Positions 31,383 through 41,990 are shown, counted from the stretch's first letter. The stretch is 54,114 bases of DNA from Pseudomonadota bacterium (GCA_043818055.1 JBDRGF010000016.1:1-54114), one strand, 5' to 3'. Made by a program: numbers and translations. Notes: generated from the sequence alone by a model not told the origin.

Positions 31383-31934
31383 TCAACTGTCAAGCTGATT
31401 ACCCTTTCGCCAGTTCCTGAGAACTGAGAGCCTCGGATCGCCCTCCTCCCTCACACAGCCACACTCACCTTCATTCAAATCCTTACCGCACTTAGAACAG
31501 AGTCCCTTGCAATCGTCCGTACATAAGCGCTTCATAGGCACATTGATAACTGTCTGTTCCCCAATAATTTCATTGAGATAGATGCGATTGCTCTCATAGA
31601 ATAGTATTTCAGTTTCCCCTGCAGAAACGTCCTCATCCTTTGACTTTTTCTTCTCATCCTCTTGTGGAAGCATGAGAAGGTTGAGTGGGAATGAAAATTT
31701 GCATCGATACTCTTTGAGGCAGCGGTCGCAACTCGCGTCGTACTCGCATTTGATATCACCTGTTATGCTCACATTGTCATCGATGCGAATCAGTGTTACA
31801 GCAACCTTAAGCAGAGCATGGGAATCCTTGTCCGGAAAAATGCGATCCACCTCAGTTTTGAGCCAGAGGGTCTTTTCCGATTCTAATTGAAGGGTCATCC
31901 CCTCTTCAGGTATGTCGTCGACAAATATCTGCAT
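31383..31934 (-). CDS. yceD: DUF177/YceD family protein
   Basis: CDRCL, LC..DCKGLC..CG.DLN...C.C, DPRL. Confidence 0.9.
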   Translation of the reverse strand: MQIFVDDIPEEGMTLQLESEKTLWLKTEVDRIFPDKDSHALLKVAVTLIRIDDNVSITGDIKCEYDASCDRCLKEYRCKFSFPLNLLMLPQEDEKKKSKDEDVSAGETEILFYESNRIYLNEIIGEQTVINVPMKRLCTDDCKGLCSKCGKDLNEGECGCVREEGDPRLSVLRNWRKGNQLDS

Positions 31935-32042
31935 TTTTGTTTGATATTAATTTTCTTCAGACATGTCAACCGACCTTATCTCTTTTATTGACGATTAAAC
32001 TGATGAGAAATATACCTCTATAAACAACAAGGAGGGTTTCAA

Positions 32043-32903
32043 ATGCATTTTCCATTATCAACTCTTGTCACAGGGGCCGTCAATAATGGCGGCAATCAGT
32101 TTTTCTTCTTTGAGAGCTGCAACCCGCCATCGAAAAAACCTGAAAAACCGGCAATCAAAAAGACTAAGACGCAACCCGCGAAGAGAGAAATTAAAAGGGC
32201 TATCCCGCCAAAAGTAAAACAACAAAAACTCTCTCCGCCTCCACCACGGGAAAAAAAGGAGTCCGACATCTTCTCCCCCTCCCTTCCGGAAGCGAAATAT
32301 CTGGGACTCAGGGTGCAAAGGTTTTGCAAAAGCAAAACAAGACTACTCAAATTTCCAGATGGAAAGACTCTCGATCACGTTTCAAGCATCTATTATATTA
32401 GAAGCGACCACGAACAATTAAAGCTCTTTCTTCTAAAGGCAAAGGAGAAATTCTCTCAAAGGGGAGGGATATCGTTGTACGATTCGCAAAAGCACCGAGC
32501 CACGGCTGAAATATTCAGAGAGGCTGCGTCGATGATGACTCCTCTTAGAAACAAGCTGTGGAGATGTTATAGAAAAAAGAATGCGGATGTAATCATCTCA
32601 AAGCGCTTTGAATTGATCGATAGAGGGATATTATATTATAAGTTTATAATCACACTTCTATCCGATAAAAAAATAGCGAAAAGATTTAAGATTAATAAGA
32701 TACGAGCAGCATGGGAAAAATTCGACGGAATATACAGGATGATCTTCAATAACTCATCAGCTGCACAGCAACTTCTTATAACTGACACCAAAACTTTGCA
32801 GTTTCTCAATCTGTACAACCAGACGAAGGCTTTACTTGCTAAAAGAAGATTAATAAAATATCAAAGATCCCGTGTAGCACCTCTGCCGAAATCTCAACGA
32901 TAA
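32043..32903 (+). CDS. Hypothetical basic protein
   Basis: 286-aa ORF with AGGAGG RBS; Pro/Lys-rich linker. Confidence 0.65.
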   Translation: MHFPLSTLVTGAVNNGGNQFFFFESCNPPSKKPEKPAIKKTKTQPAKREIKRAIPPKVKQQKLSPPPPREKKESDIFSPSLPEAKYLGLRVQRFCKSKTRLLKFPDGKTLDHVSSIYYIRSDHEQLKLFLLKAKEKFSQRGGISLYDSQKHRATAEIFREAASMMTPLRNKLWRCYRKKNADVIISKRFELIDRGILYYKFIITLLSDKKIAKRFKINKIRAAWEKFDGIYRMIFNNSSAAQQLLITDTKTLQFLNLYNQTKALLAKRRLIKYQRSRVAPLPKSQR

Positions 32904-32917
32904 AGTTAGGGGGGAAA

Positions 32918-33724
32918 ATGACGAAGAGAATGCCTGCTGTTGCAGGGAGTTTTTATCCAGCAAATAGAACTGAGCTCAAAGACATGGTTGAGGGATTCAT
33001 TCCCAAAAATGTCGAACGACAGAGGGCATTCGGCGTTATTTCGCCACACGCCGGATATGTCTATTCCGGAGCTGTCGCGGGTAAGACGTTTGCTCAGGTT
33101 GAAATACCAAAGCAGTGCATAGTGCTCGCCCCCAATCACACAGGATATGGCTCAAAGGCTGCGATCATGACGGATGGAGCGTGGATGACACCTATCGGAG
33201 ATGTGCCTGTTGACTCGACGATTGCAAACAAACTCCTCTCGAAATGCTCTATAATAAAAAATGACTCCACAGCTCACATCGCCGAACATTCGCTGGAAGT
33301 ACAGCTCCCCTTCATGCTCACACTTCAACCGGAGCTCACCATCGTGCCAATCTGTCTTTCACACCTTAGGGTTTCTGAATGCAAAGAGATTGGAGAGGCT
33401 ATTGCAGACCTGATAAGATCTGAAGAGAAAGATATCCTCGTCGTTGCAAGCTCCGACATGAACCATTACGAGAGCCAAAAAAGGACGGAGAAAAAGGATA
33501 ACCTTGCGATTGAACAGGTGCTCAAAATGGATCCTGAGGGTCTCATCAACACCTGCTCTGAAAACGGGATAACCATGTGCGGCGTAATACCTACCGCCGT
33601 CATGCTCTTCGCCGCTAGAAAGCTTGGCAAAAAAAATGCAAAGCTCATCGCCCACCAGACCTCTGGCGATATCTCGGGGGATTATGATGCAGTTGTGGGA
33701 TATGCTGGGATCATCGTCTGGTGA
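32918..33724 (+). CDS. amrB: AmmeMemoRadiSam system protein B (MEMO1 family)
   Basis: PAVAGSFYP, PHAGYVYSG, EHSLEVQLPF, ASSDMNHY, TMCG. Confidence 0.9.
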   Translation: MTKRMPAVAGSFYPANRTELKDMVEGFIPKNVERQRAFGVISPHAGYVYSGAVAGKTFAQVEIPKQCIVLAPNHTGYGSKAAIMTDGAWMTPIGDVPVDSTIANKLLSKCSIIKNDSTAHIAEHSLEVQLPFMLTLQPELTIVPICLSHLRVSECKEIGEAIADLIRSEEKDILVVASSDMNHYESQKRTEKKDNLAIEQVLKMDPEGLINTCSENGITMCGVIPTAVMLFAARKLGKKNAKLIAHQTSGDISGDYDAVVGYAGIIVW

Positions 33725-33781
33725 GGGTGTACAATCTTCTCTATTGTAATAATTTATTTCATCCTGTATGAGAAAGAAATC

Positions 33782-34096
33782 ATGTTAGATTGCCAACCCA
33801 GAAAAGCAAATTGGCTCCCGCTCCCTGAGGGGGTCGGACGCCTGACCATTTCCCAGCAGATCAGTGAGGCGGATGAGACCGATCTCTTTCCCAAAGCGAT
33901 CCTTCTCAACTATTGGCCCAACTCGCGAAAAGGGACGATCCTCACCGACAAGGGTGACGAACTCACATTCGATCTGACCTACACCGACATCATAAGGGGA
34001 AGAGAGGATTCAGATTTCAACATCGGCGCCAAGGTCGGCTACGATTCAAGCAATGTCGGGAAGAAAAAGCGGGTCACGAAGGTTAAGATTTATTAA
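33782..34096 (+). CDS. Hypothetical protein, possibly cold-shock-like OB fold
   Basis: G.I..D.G.E..F ... G.KV.YD pattern. Confidence 0.5.
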   Translation: MLDCQPRKANWLPLPEGVGRLTISQQISEADETDLFPKAILLNYWPNSRKGTILTDKGDELTFDLTYTDIIRGREDSDFNIGAKVGYDSSNVGKKKRVTKVKIY

Positions 34097-34100
34097 GAGC

Positions 34101-34130
34101 AGTATATAGCATGTGGCATGTAGTATGTGG
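34101..34130. repeat. Left heptamer arm (RGYATRT x4)
   Basis: AGTATAT AGCATGT GGCATGT AGTATGT. Confidence 0.7.
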
Positions 34131-34211
34131 GCAACGGATTTGTATTTATGACCTTATCGAAAAACCTCCTAAATTGTCAGCAATTCGATTCTTTTATAAA
34201 CCGATAAAAGC

Positions 34212-34940
34212 TCATCTTGTATGAACTCCGATAGTCTCCAACTTCTCCTTAATCTTTTGCCAATTCGGACATTGCCTTTTTAAAAACTTATAAAAATTCT
34301 TATCATGATTTTTGTGCCTCATATGGCACAGTTCATGTGCGATTACATAATCGATACATTTTTTTGGGGTGTGGATTAGTTTTGGATTCAGGAGGATTGT
34401 GTCTTTGTTTAAAAAACTGCCCCAGCGTTTCTGCATATCCCTTATTACCAGCCTTGGGATTGTTTTATACTCAAACCGCAATTTCACTTGCTCATACCTG
34501 TCATGAAATATCTGGTCAATTTTTTCATCATACCACTTATCAAGCAATTTTTTCGTATATTTCCCATCCAGCACACTTTTTGTCGTATAGACTTTCAACA
34601 ATCCTTTTGTCATCAACACCTTATCTTCCTTCGCCTTTTCAACAAGAAGTTTGAATTGTCTTCCCAAGTATAAAAAACCTTCACCGGAAACGTATTCTTT
34701 TTGATATCTCTTTCTTTGGTACCTCTTAAAAAAACTCAATTGCTTTTCAAGCCAAAACCATTTCCTTCGCAAGAAACTTTCTATTCGTTCATTATCAGCA
34801 CCGCAAGGACATTTTAGAGTTATACCAAGATCCGGTTTTACGGTAAGACTGAGCGTTTTTCTATCCTGCATCACAAGATCGTAGTGATATACGAATGAGC
34901 CAAATATAAATTCTTTCTTGTGATTAGGAGAGTATCTCAT
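34212..34940 (-). CDS. YgjP/M48-like zinc metalloprotein associated with type I R-M
   Basis: RWGS, DYVIAHELCH..H..H...F; overlaps the hsdR stop. Confidence 0.85.
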   Translation of the reverse strand: MRYSPNHKKEFIFGSFVYHYDLVMQDRKTLSLTVKPDLGITLKCPCGADNERIESFLRRKWFWLEKQLSFFKRYQRKRYQKEYVSGEGFLYLGRQFKLLVEKAKEDKVLMTKGLLKVYTTKSVLDGKYTKKLLDKWYDEKIDQIFHDRYEQVKLRFEYKTIPRLVIRDMQKRWGSFLNKDTILLNPKLIHTPKKCIDYVIAHELCHMRHKNHDKNFYKFLKRQCPNWQKIKEKLETIGVHTR

Positions 34941-37900
34941 AATTATTTTCAGCAAGGATGAGTACCTTTGCAATAATCGCCTTCATGTCATCTTCTGACA
35001 GATCAAAGTTTTTTTCCTGTTTAACTACATCATAGAGATAATCATCTATTGCATTCATCATTCGGCGTTTGACATCGATATTCTTATACCAATCAACAAT
35101 CGCTTCTTGTTTTATTAGGTTGAAGATATCTAAGACGATAATGATATATGTTTCCTCGGAGAGATTGAATTTCTGGAAAAATTCTCTGAGATTACGATAG
35201 AATATGTCGGCTCCTTTTTGCACAACAATGTTTTCCGGAAGGCTCTCGTCTTTTTTACTCACCACGTCATCTTCAATCAGCTTCAACTGCTTTAGAGCTG
35301 CAATGTCAGCCATCTTACCTTCGCGCATCTTCTGTAAAATTTCAGAAATTTTCTTAGAAAAACGTTCATAGAACTCCGGATCGGTGTCCATTTTTTCGTC
35401 AATGGTCCTCTGTGTTTGCGCGGCAATCGCTTCGGCCTTGGATTTATCAGTACCAAGGGTCTCAATAGCCTCCTCAAATTGCTTTCGATCGGTGATGTTG
35501 ATTTGCTTGGTCAAAAGCTCAACTCCAAGTGCATCGACATACTTATCAAGGATATTTACAAGAGACTGTTTATATTCAGAAAGATCAATCCGGTCTGCAT
35601 ATTTCAAATTTGCAGCTTTACGAAGCTCCATCAGCTTCTTGAGCTCCCGTCTGTACATATCGAGATGTTTAAACTCATGGACAAAATCCTGAAGCACAAA
35701 ACATTCACTGAGATTCCGGATGAAATCATTAAGAGACTTATAAAACATCTCCCGCTTAGGATCGTCCTTGAGCAGCCTAAGAAAGGCTTCATCATCCGAA
35801 GAACCTTGAACCTCCTTAAAAAGATCATGTACTCTGCTGTAGCTCTCCTCAAGTTCTTGTATCTTCTCGGCAACATCAACAAGCGTTCCTTTTACATCGG
35901 TTTCATCATAGTTGCCAAAAAGCTTCATTGCGGTATTTATATTCTTGGCATTTTCCGAGTAGTCGATGATGTAGCCTGCTGTTTTTGGGAGTTTTTTGTT
36001 CTCAAAAAGACGGTTCACACGGGCAATAGCCTGAAGCAGGTTATGATCTCTTAAATCTTTTGCGAGATACAAAACTGTATTGCATGGAGCGTCAAAACCC
36101 GTAAGCAATTTATCCACAACGATAATGATTTCGATTCCGTCATCATTGTACTTGAAGCTATCGATGACATCTTTCTCATATTTCGCAACGCTGCTGTGAT
36201 TTTTGCGTATTGTGTCGAGGTAATTTACTACCTGTTTCTTATGAATATCGGCTTCATCACCGTCATCCTGCTCGTCTGAAATAACTACAGCGGAACGTAT
36301 TTTCCCGCTACTCTGAAAATATCTTTGAAAGAGAATTGCTGAATACTTGGATGGGGCAACAATTTGAGCTTTAAGTCCTGTGTTTTGAAAACGACTTAAA
36401 TAGTGTTTTTCGATATCGAACGATATTTCAACAATACGCTGAGGATTATCCCTGATAATTTTTGATCCAACATATTTCTGCAAATTCCGCTTCTGTTTGT
36501 CGCTTAAACCCTCTGTAATGCGTTCAACATGACGATCAATCTGTTCTTCGTTTTGTACCAAATTGACATACCTACCTTCATAGATGAGGGGCAAGATTAT
36601 CTTGTCGCCCAATCCATCGTCAATTGTGTATTGGTCAATATAACCGCCAAATTTCCTCCAACTTTCATTTTCGCTCTTCATGAGCGGCGTACCCGTAAAA
36701 CCGATATAGCAGGCGCCCGGAATAATCCGATTCATCTCTAAGTTAGCAATGCCGCTTTGGCTGCGATGCGCTTCGTCTATCAGGACAAAGATATTCTGGT
36801 CATTGTCAACGAATTCCGCCTTCTTCCTGGCCGCTGACTCAAACTTGTGAACAAAAGTAGTAACTACAGCGAGATTTTTCTCTTTAATAAGATCGAGAAG
36901 GTTTTTACCGCTTGTGGCCTGCACAACTTCTTTCTTTAAGTTGCAATTTTTGAATGTATCTTTGATCTGCTTATCCAGATCCTTACGATCCGTCACGATT
37001 ATCACCCGCGGATTGATTATATGGGGATGCTCAATGAGCGCCTTCACAAACATCACCATCGTGAGTGATTTGCCCGACCCTTGTGTATGCCAGATCAAAC
37101 CTCCGCAGCGACGCATTAAACCCGTCGGAGTCATTTCCTCTTCTGAAATCCTCGTGAGCATCTTGTGGATCGCAAAGTACTGCTGATAGCGGGAGAGCTT
37201 CTTCACCCCGGCATCAAAAAGTATGTAGTTTTTGGCTAGATCAAGCAGTCGCTCTGGCTTAAACAAAAACACGATTCCCTTATCCTGTTCGGTAGCCATA
37301 CGGCTAGTGTAATGAATTGCACCCCTGGTATCACCGTTCAAGTCAGCACGTACCTGTTTATATGTGTGAGAATCGATCTGCCTCTGCATGACCGACAACA
37401 TTTCAAACTCTATCTCTTTATCAGATAATCCCTTTTCTTTCCACAACGCATAAAACTTGTTCGGCGTCCCTGTAGTGCCGTACTTCAATTCGTCAACATT
37501 AGTTCCGACTAGAAGCTGGGTATAGGTAAAAAGTTTTGGACAAAATTCAGGCCCTTGATTGCGATTCATCTGATTCAGAGCATCTACTACAGGCACACTC
37601 TTTTTTTTATTTTCTATCACAGCAAGCGGGATACCATTTACGAAACAGACGATATCGGGACGAATGTTTTGTCTGCCGGTAGCAACAAATTCTGCAGTAA
37701 CATGAAAAGCGTTGTTCCTTGGATTCTCAAAATCAATAAAACGAAAGTTCTTTGAGTCCTTTTTTCCGCCAACACTCACTTTTATAGTCTTACCACCTTT
37801 TGTCGGCATGATGGTATTGTAGATCTTTTGAGAAGTATCAATGAGCCCCTCGTATTGAATATGTTCCAGCTCCTCAATCGCGTCCCTCACATCCTTCTCG

Positions 37901-38112
37901 CTAAACTTGTACTGGGTACCGCCCACTTCATATCCGTTAATCTCCATGAGCTTCCGGGAGGCGATCCCGGAAAGGATGAAGTTTCGCGAATCACCACCAC
38001 GCTGGCGCAGGGCATCTTCTCGTGAGATATATTCATATCCCATAGCTATAAGAAGCTCCAACGCCGGGAGCTGGGATTGTTTTGCTTCGTCAAAGTGTAC
38101 GTTTTCTAGCAT
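34924..38112 (-). CDS. hsdR: Type I restriction endonuclease R subunit
   Basis: RPDIVCFVNGIPL..IENK, WHTQGSGKS, DEAHRS, FTGTP, QAIARVNR. Confidence 0.95.
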   Translation of the reverse strand: MLENVHFDEAKQSQLPALELLIAMGYEYISREDALRQRGGDSRNFILSGIASRKLMEINGYEVGGTQYKFSEKDVRDAIEELEHIQYEGLIDTSQKIYNTIMPTKGGKTIKVSVGGKKDSKNFRFIDFENPRNNAFHVTAEFVATGRQNIRPDIVCFVNGIPLAVIENKKKSVPVVDALNQMNRNQGPEFCPKLFTYTQLLVGTNVDELKYGTTGTPNKFYALWKEKGLSDKEIEFEMLSVMQRQIDSHTYKQVRADLNGDTRGAIHYTSRMATEQDKGIVFLFKPERLLDLAKNYILFDAGVKKLSRYQQYFAIHKMLTRISEEEMTPTGLMRRCGGLIWHTQGSGKSLTMVMFVKALIEHPHIINPRVIIVTDRKDLDKQIKDTFKNCNLKKEVVQATSGKNLLDLIKEKNLAVVTTFVHKFESAARKKAEFVDNDQNIFVLIDEAHRSQSGIANLEMNRIIPGACYIGFTGTPLMKSENESWRKFGGYIDQYTIDDGLGDKIILPLIYEGRYVNLVQNEEQIDRHVERITEGLSDKQKRNLQKYVGSKIIRDNPQRIVEISFDIEKHYLSRFQNTGLKAQIVAPSKYSAILFQRYFQSSGKIRSAVVISDEQDDGDEADIHKKQVVNYLDTIRKNHSSVAKYEKDVIDSFKYNDDGIEIIIVVDKLLTGFDAPCNTVLYLAKDLRDHNLLQAIARVNRLFENKKLPKTAGYIIDYSENAKNINTAMKLFGNYDETDVKGTLVDVAEKIQELEESYSRVHDLFKEVQGSSDDEAFLRLLKDDPKREMFYKSLNDFIRNLSECFVLQDFVHEFKHLDMYRRELKKLMELRKAANLKYADRIDLSEYKQSLVNILDKYVDALGVELLTKQINITDRKQFEEAIETLGTDKSKAEAIAAQTQRTIDEKMDTDPEFYERFSKKISEILQKMREGKMADIAALKQLKLIEDDVVSKKDESLPENIVVQKGADIFYRNLREFFQKFNLSEETYIIIVLDIFNLIKQEAIVDWYKNIDVKRRMMNAIDDYLYDVVKQEKNFDLSEDDMKAIIAKVLILAENNYEILS

Positions 38113-38116
38113 AAAT

Positions 38117-38941
38117 TTACTTTAGTAACTTTTTTACCGTATTGTTTTCCAAAAGCGACTTCATCTGAACAATGGCGGTCTCATTGAGTTTGAGCAATCT
38201 ATCTTTTTGAGACATCCCCATTTTTATAAATTCTGCATTGAGACTTTCGAGATTCGCGAGACAGACGAGTTGATACACATCTGCGTAATCGCGCATATTT
38301 CCGGCTTTATTCTTGTTTTTATTTTTCCAATCATGGGAAGTCTCTCCAAAAAGGGCAACATTCAAGACATCAGCCTCATTTGCATATACAAGAGTAGCTT
38401 CTTTAACAGATAATTTATGCGGCAACACGATGTTTTCTTTTATCGAATCGGTATGAATTTTATAATTGATTTTTGTAAGCATGCGCTTCGCGTCCCAGCC
38501 AAGCAGAAGCCTTTGATTCTCTTCTACCTTCAACCGTTGAAATTCTTTAATCAAATACAACTTGAATTCGGGTGAAATCCAGGTCGCAAACTCAAAAGCA
38601 ATATCCTTGTGCGCAAATGTCCCACCGCCATAACGACCCGATTTGCTGATCATGCCAACAGCATTTACCCCCTCAATCCATCTCTTTGGGGTGAGAGAAA
38701 AACTATTAAACCCCGCTTTATTCCTAAACCCATCGAATTCGATGGGTTTAAAATCGGGATTGTTAATCTTCTCCCAAATACCTAAAAACTCTATAGTATC
38801 GCGGGTTCTCATCCAGTTCTGAATTATATAGTCCGTCCGTTCAGAGTCCTTATACCGTGCAATATCGGTTAGTGAAATATAGTCATTTTCATTCTGCTGA
38901 AACGTATATATTTGCAATCCCTGTGTGATTATTTTTTTCAT
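38117..38941 (-). CDS. KilA-N-type DNA-binding protein
   Basis: DYISLTDIA, GRYGGGTFAHKDIAFEFA.WISPEF. Confidence 0.85.
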   Translation of the reverse strand: MKKIITQGLQIYTFQQNENDYISLTDIARYKDSERTDYIIQNWMRTRDTIEFLGIWEKINNPDFKPIEFDGFRNKAGFNSFSLTPKRWIEGVNAVGMISKSGRYGGGTFAHKDIAFEFATWISPEFKLYLIKEFQRLKVEENQRLLLGWDAKRMLTKINYKIHTDSIKENIVLPHKLSVKEATLVYANEADVLNVALFGETSHDWKNKNKNKAGNMRDYADVYQLVCLANLESLNAEFIKMGMSQKDRLLKLNETAIVQMKSLLENNTVKKLLK

Positions 38942-40173
38942 ATAGTCACCCCGTTTTTAGTTGATAGTGTTTCCGGAGTTCTGATGGCTCCGGTGATTAG
39001 GTTGTTTAGGAGATACTTTTTTTGGTCTTTTAGGAGGGAGAGTTTTTGTTGGAGTGTTTTGATTTCGTTGTCGGTTGTGGTTAGAATATTGGCAATTGCT
39101 GTTTGTTCATCTTTTTTTGGAAATGTTAGTTTAATACTTTCGAATACACTTTTACTTATCATCGCCATAGCCCCATTTCCAGCAACTTCTTTTAGTTTAT
39201 TTGGAGAATTTTCAACCATGTAGTAGATAAACTCTGAATCAAAGTTAACGCTTGGAATAATTGCATTGATCTGTTGATTAAAAGACATCGGTTTCTTAGC
39301 AATAGCATTCTTACCAATTGAAGCTATACAAGTTACCAAAACAGAACCAGTTGGAACCTCCCTTGCCACTTTTCTTCCCAATTCAGATAATTTTATTTCT
39401 GTATCTTCAATATAAACCCCACTGAAATCTAATGCTGTTGCCCACAGATATTTTCCCCCATAATAATCTGATATTTTCTTACTTGGAGTATTACCAGTTA
39501 CAATTTTCCCGATATTTCGTATTTCTAGAGTTTCCCACTTATCCTTAAACCCGGGTAAACGAGTTTTGCCTGTAAGCAGTTCCTGCATCAAACCTTTCTT
39601 AATCTCCTTTTTAACCGCAATTTTCTTCGTCAGCTTCTCAATAGCCTTATCCCACGTCTCTAACACAGCAACTATCCGCTTTTGTTCTGGGAAGGGGGGA
39701 AGTTTTACTAAGCATGATTTTATAGACTTGATTGAAAGGTTTTTAATCGTAGAACCTGTAACTTCAGAAAGAAAATACCTTTGAGTATTATAAGAATTTA
39801 AAAAGTAAAAAATAAAACAAACATTTACTTTCGAATTAAGTTTTATATATGCACAACTTTTTCCTAAAACAACTTGCTCATTGTTATAATATGCTATCGA
39901 TCCAATGGTGCCATTTATTGACAAAAGAATTGTATTGCCCTGCTCTAGATCTTTCTTGTGTTTTAAATACTCTAAACAATCCACTTTTTTTGTATCATCT
40001 GAAAATATTATTTTGGAGTTATATAAATTATTGCCATTTATAAAATAATAATTTCCAATATCTGAATATTTGGGCGTAGTGTGGATACCATCACTAATTT
40101 TTAACGACAAGCTTTCTAGTGCTATTAATTTCCATTCACCTGAAATATTTTTTTGTGTAGGCTTATTTATCAT
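38938..40173 (-). CDS. hsdS: Type I R-M specificity subunit (two TRDs)
   Basis: PPFPEQKRIV..L, KKGLMQELLTG, EQTAIANIL repeats. Confidence 0.93.
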   Translation of the reverse strand: MINKPTQKNISGEWKLIALESLSLKISDGIHTTPKYSDIGNYYFINGNNLYNSKIIFSDDTKKVDCLEYLKHKKDLEQGNTILLSINGTIGSIAYYNNEQVVLGKSCAYIKLNSKVNVCFIFYFLNSYNTQRYFLSEVTGSTIKNLSIKSIKSCLVKLPPFPEQKRIVAVLETWDKAIEKLTKKIAVKKEIKKGLMQELLTGKTRLPGFKDKWETLEIRNIGKIVTGNTPSKKISDYYGGKYLWATALDFSGVYIEDTEIKLSELGRKVAREVPTGSVLVTCIASIGKNAIAKKPMSFNQQINAIIPSVNFDSEFIYYMVENSPNKLKEVAGNGAMAMISKSVFESIKLTFPKKDEQTAIANILTTTDNEIKTLQQKLSLLKDQKKYLLNNLITGAIRTPETLSTKNGVTI

Positions 40174-40175
40174 AA

Positions 40176-41990
40176 TTAAATAAAACATTCATAAATCATT
40201 TTAACATCATCAAAGACCTCTGGTTTTTCGCCAAGAGCAATATCAATATAGGCTTGTCTTACTTTTAAAATGTCTTCTTTTAAAACATCACTACAACATT
40301 TTGAAAAAATGGGTTTGCCTCGGAAATCATTTTTCCAAGTATCGTTATGAAGGGCATCCTCAAGTCTTTTAACTTCTTCTTTCATCCACGCCTTCAAATT
40401 TCGATCCGATAGGTCTGTGGCTAATTGTGTTAAAACTGTTTCTGTGCTTTTAGAAAATTCATTTATAATATTATCTATATCTTTTACATCAAGAGTTTTG
40501 ACGGTTGGAATATTAAAATTATGATTCGCTGCAATATACTCTTTTGCATTTTGTAGCAGGTTTAATTTTAATTGACCCGTGGCAATTTCTTTTAACTTCT
40601 GTTCAAGGCATTCTCTGGTAATTGTTTGTTGAACTGTTGTGATATAAAGCTTATTTGCAACCTTAAGCAAGATCTCTGAGTCTAAAAAATAATTTTCAAT
40701 GTGCCTTCTTTTTAGACATTTGATTCTTCCATTTGCTTCAAGTGATTGAACTTGAACTGGTGAAAGTCCATCTCTGTCGCGAATCATAAAAAAATCAATA
40801 CCAAAAATAGCATTACGTATTTGTTCCTCAAAAGCATTTAGAGCAATGACATTCTCTACAGAAGCAATAGGAATAATCTTAGCTTCAGGAAAATATTTCT
40901 GAGCAATAGAATGGTAGACTAGCCTGTCAATGCTAGATTCTTTTCCCTCCACAAATACTATTTTTTTTCCAACAGCAAAAAGACCTAAATTTTCTCCGAT
41001 CAAATCAACCAACTTTTTATGACTATGATTCAAATCACTAAGCTTATAAGCTTGATTTAATCCATTCCGCTCAAAATCAATAAAATAAACATTTCCAGTT
41101 GAGTAATAAGTAGAAATTAAATCAGCTGAATGTGTCAAAAATATGAATTGGTTCGTATAATCTCCGATTGCCTTAAGAGATTCAATTAACTTAAAAGATA
41201 AGGTTGGATGTAAATGCAATTCAGGTTCATCGACAATAATTATTGAATCTTTAATATCCTTTCTAGCAACGTCAAAAAGAACCTTAATCACTTCCTGTTC
41301 TCCTGAGCTTAAGGATCTAAACGGAAGAATTTTACCAGTAGAGTCTTCATATTGAAATTCCTTTGGCGTAACAGGATTAATATCTAATAGTTTTTTTTCT
41401 GGCAGGAGTGTGTTAAATATTGCCTTATATTTATCTAGTGGGTGTGGAAGTTTTTCTTTGATAGCCGTTGCGGTAATATTGGATCCTTTAGTAACTTCTG
41501 TAGCTAATTGATTTTGGTAAGCTGCTACTTTTCGATGGATATAATCCATAAAATCTTGCCATCGGTTCGTAAAATTCTGACAGTAGAAATTATTTTTAGT
41601 TTCCTGATCGTCTGGATCAGTTACCTGCCAACTTACTTGTTGGTATTTAATTGTTTGTATATTGCGATCCGAATCAATTTGCACAAGCGATCCAACATAT
41701 TGCCCGCGCCCAAAGCTCCTTTTCTTCATATAGGTAACTATTTTTGGATTAATTGAACCCTGTACGATATTAATTACAGAATCGCCAAAATGCTCTTTTT
41801 CCTTTTCTCTAGTTGCTTCTATCGATAACGACATTTGTGTCTCACCTTGTAAAGTATTAACAATTGCCTCTTTGAGACGCGTTTTTCCGGAACCATTTGC
41901 CCCAGCAATAATTACAACATCTCCCATATCATCAATTTTAAGATGTTTAATTGGTGAGAAATCGTTAATTTCCAAAGATTTTATTTTCAT
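40176..41990 (-). CDS. ABC-type ATPase fused to a TOPRIM-like domain (OLD/PARIS-like nuclease)
   Basis: GANGSGKT, LSSGE, IIIVDEPE.HLHP, LTHS; then FVEG..D, RDRDG, HIENYFL. Confidence 0.8.
   Translation of the reverse strand: MKIKSLEINDFSPIKHLKIDDMGDVVIIAGANGSGKTRLKEAIVNTLQGETQMSLSIEATREKEKEHFGDSVINIVQGSINPKIVTYMKKRSFGRGQYVGSLVQIDSDRNIQTIKYQQVSWQVTDPDDQETKNNFYCQNFTNRWQDFMDYIHRKVAAYQNQLATEVTKGSNITATAIKEKLPHPLDKYKAIFNTLLPEKKLLDINPVTPKEFQYEDSTGKILPFRSLSSGEQEVIKVLFDVARKDIKDSIIIVDEPELHLHPTLSFKLIESLKAIGDYTNQFIFLTHSADLISTYYSTGNVYFIDFERNGLNQAYKLSDLNHSHKKLVDLIGENLGLFAVGKKIVFVEGKESSIDRLVYHSIAQKYFPEAKIIPIASVENVIALNAFEEQIRNAIFGIDFFMIRDRDGLSPVQVQSLEANGRIKCLKRRHIENYFLDSEILLKVANKLYITTVQQTITRECLEQKLKEIATGQLKLNLLQNAKEYIAANHNFNIPTVKTLDVKDIDNIINEFSKSTETVLTQLATDLSDRNLKAWMKEEVKRLEDALHNDTWKNDFRGKPIFSKCCSDVLKEDILKVRQAYIDIALGEKPEVFDDVKMIYECFI

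Noticed and set aside
34170..34196. TAAA..AATTCGA..TTTA as an orphan copy of the KilA-N palindrome at the island edge
   Set aside because: Only one half matches and the length differs by one; compatible with chance in AT-rich DNA
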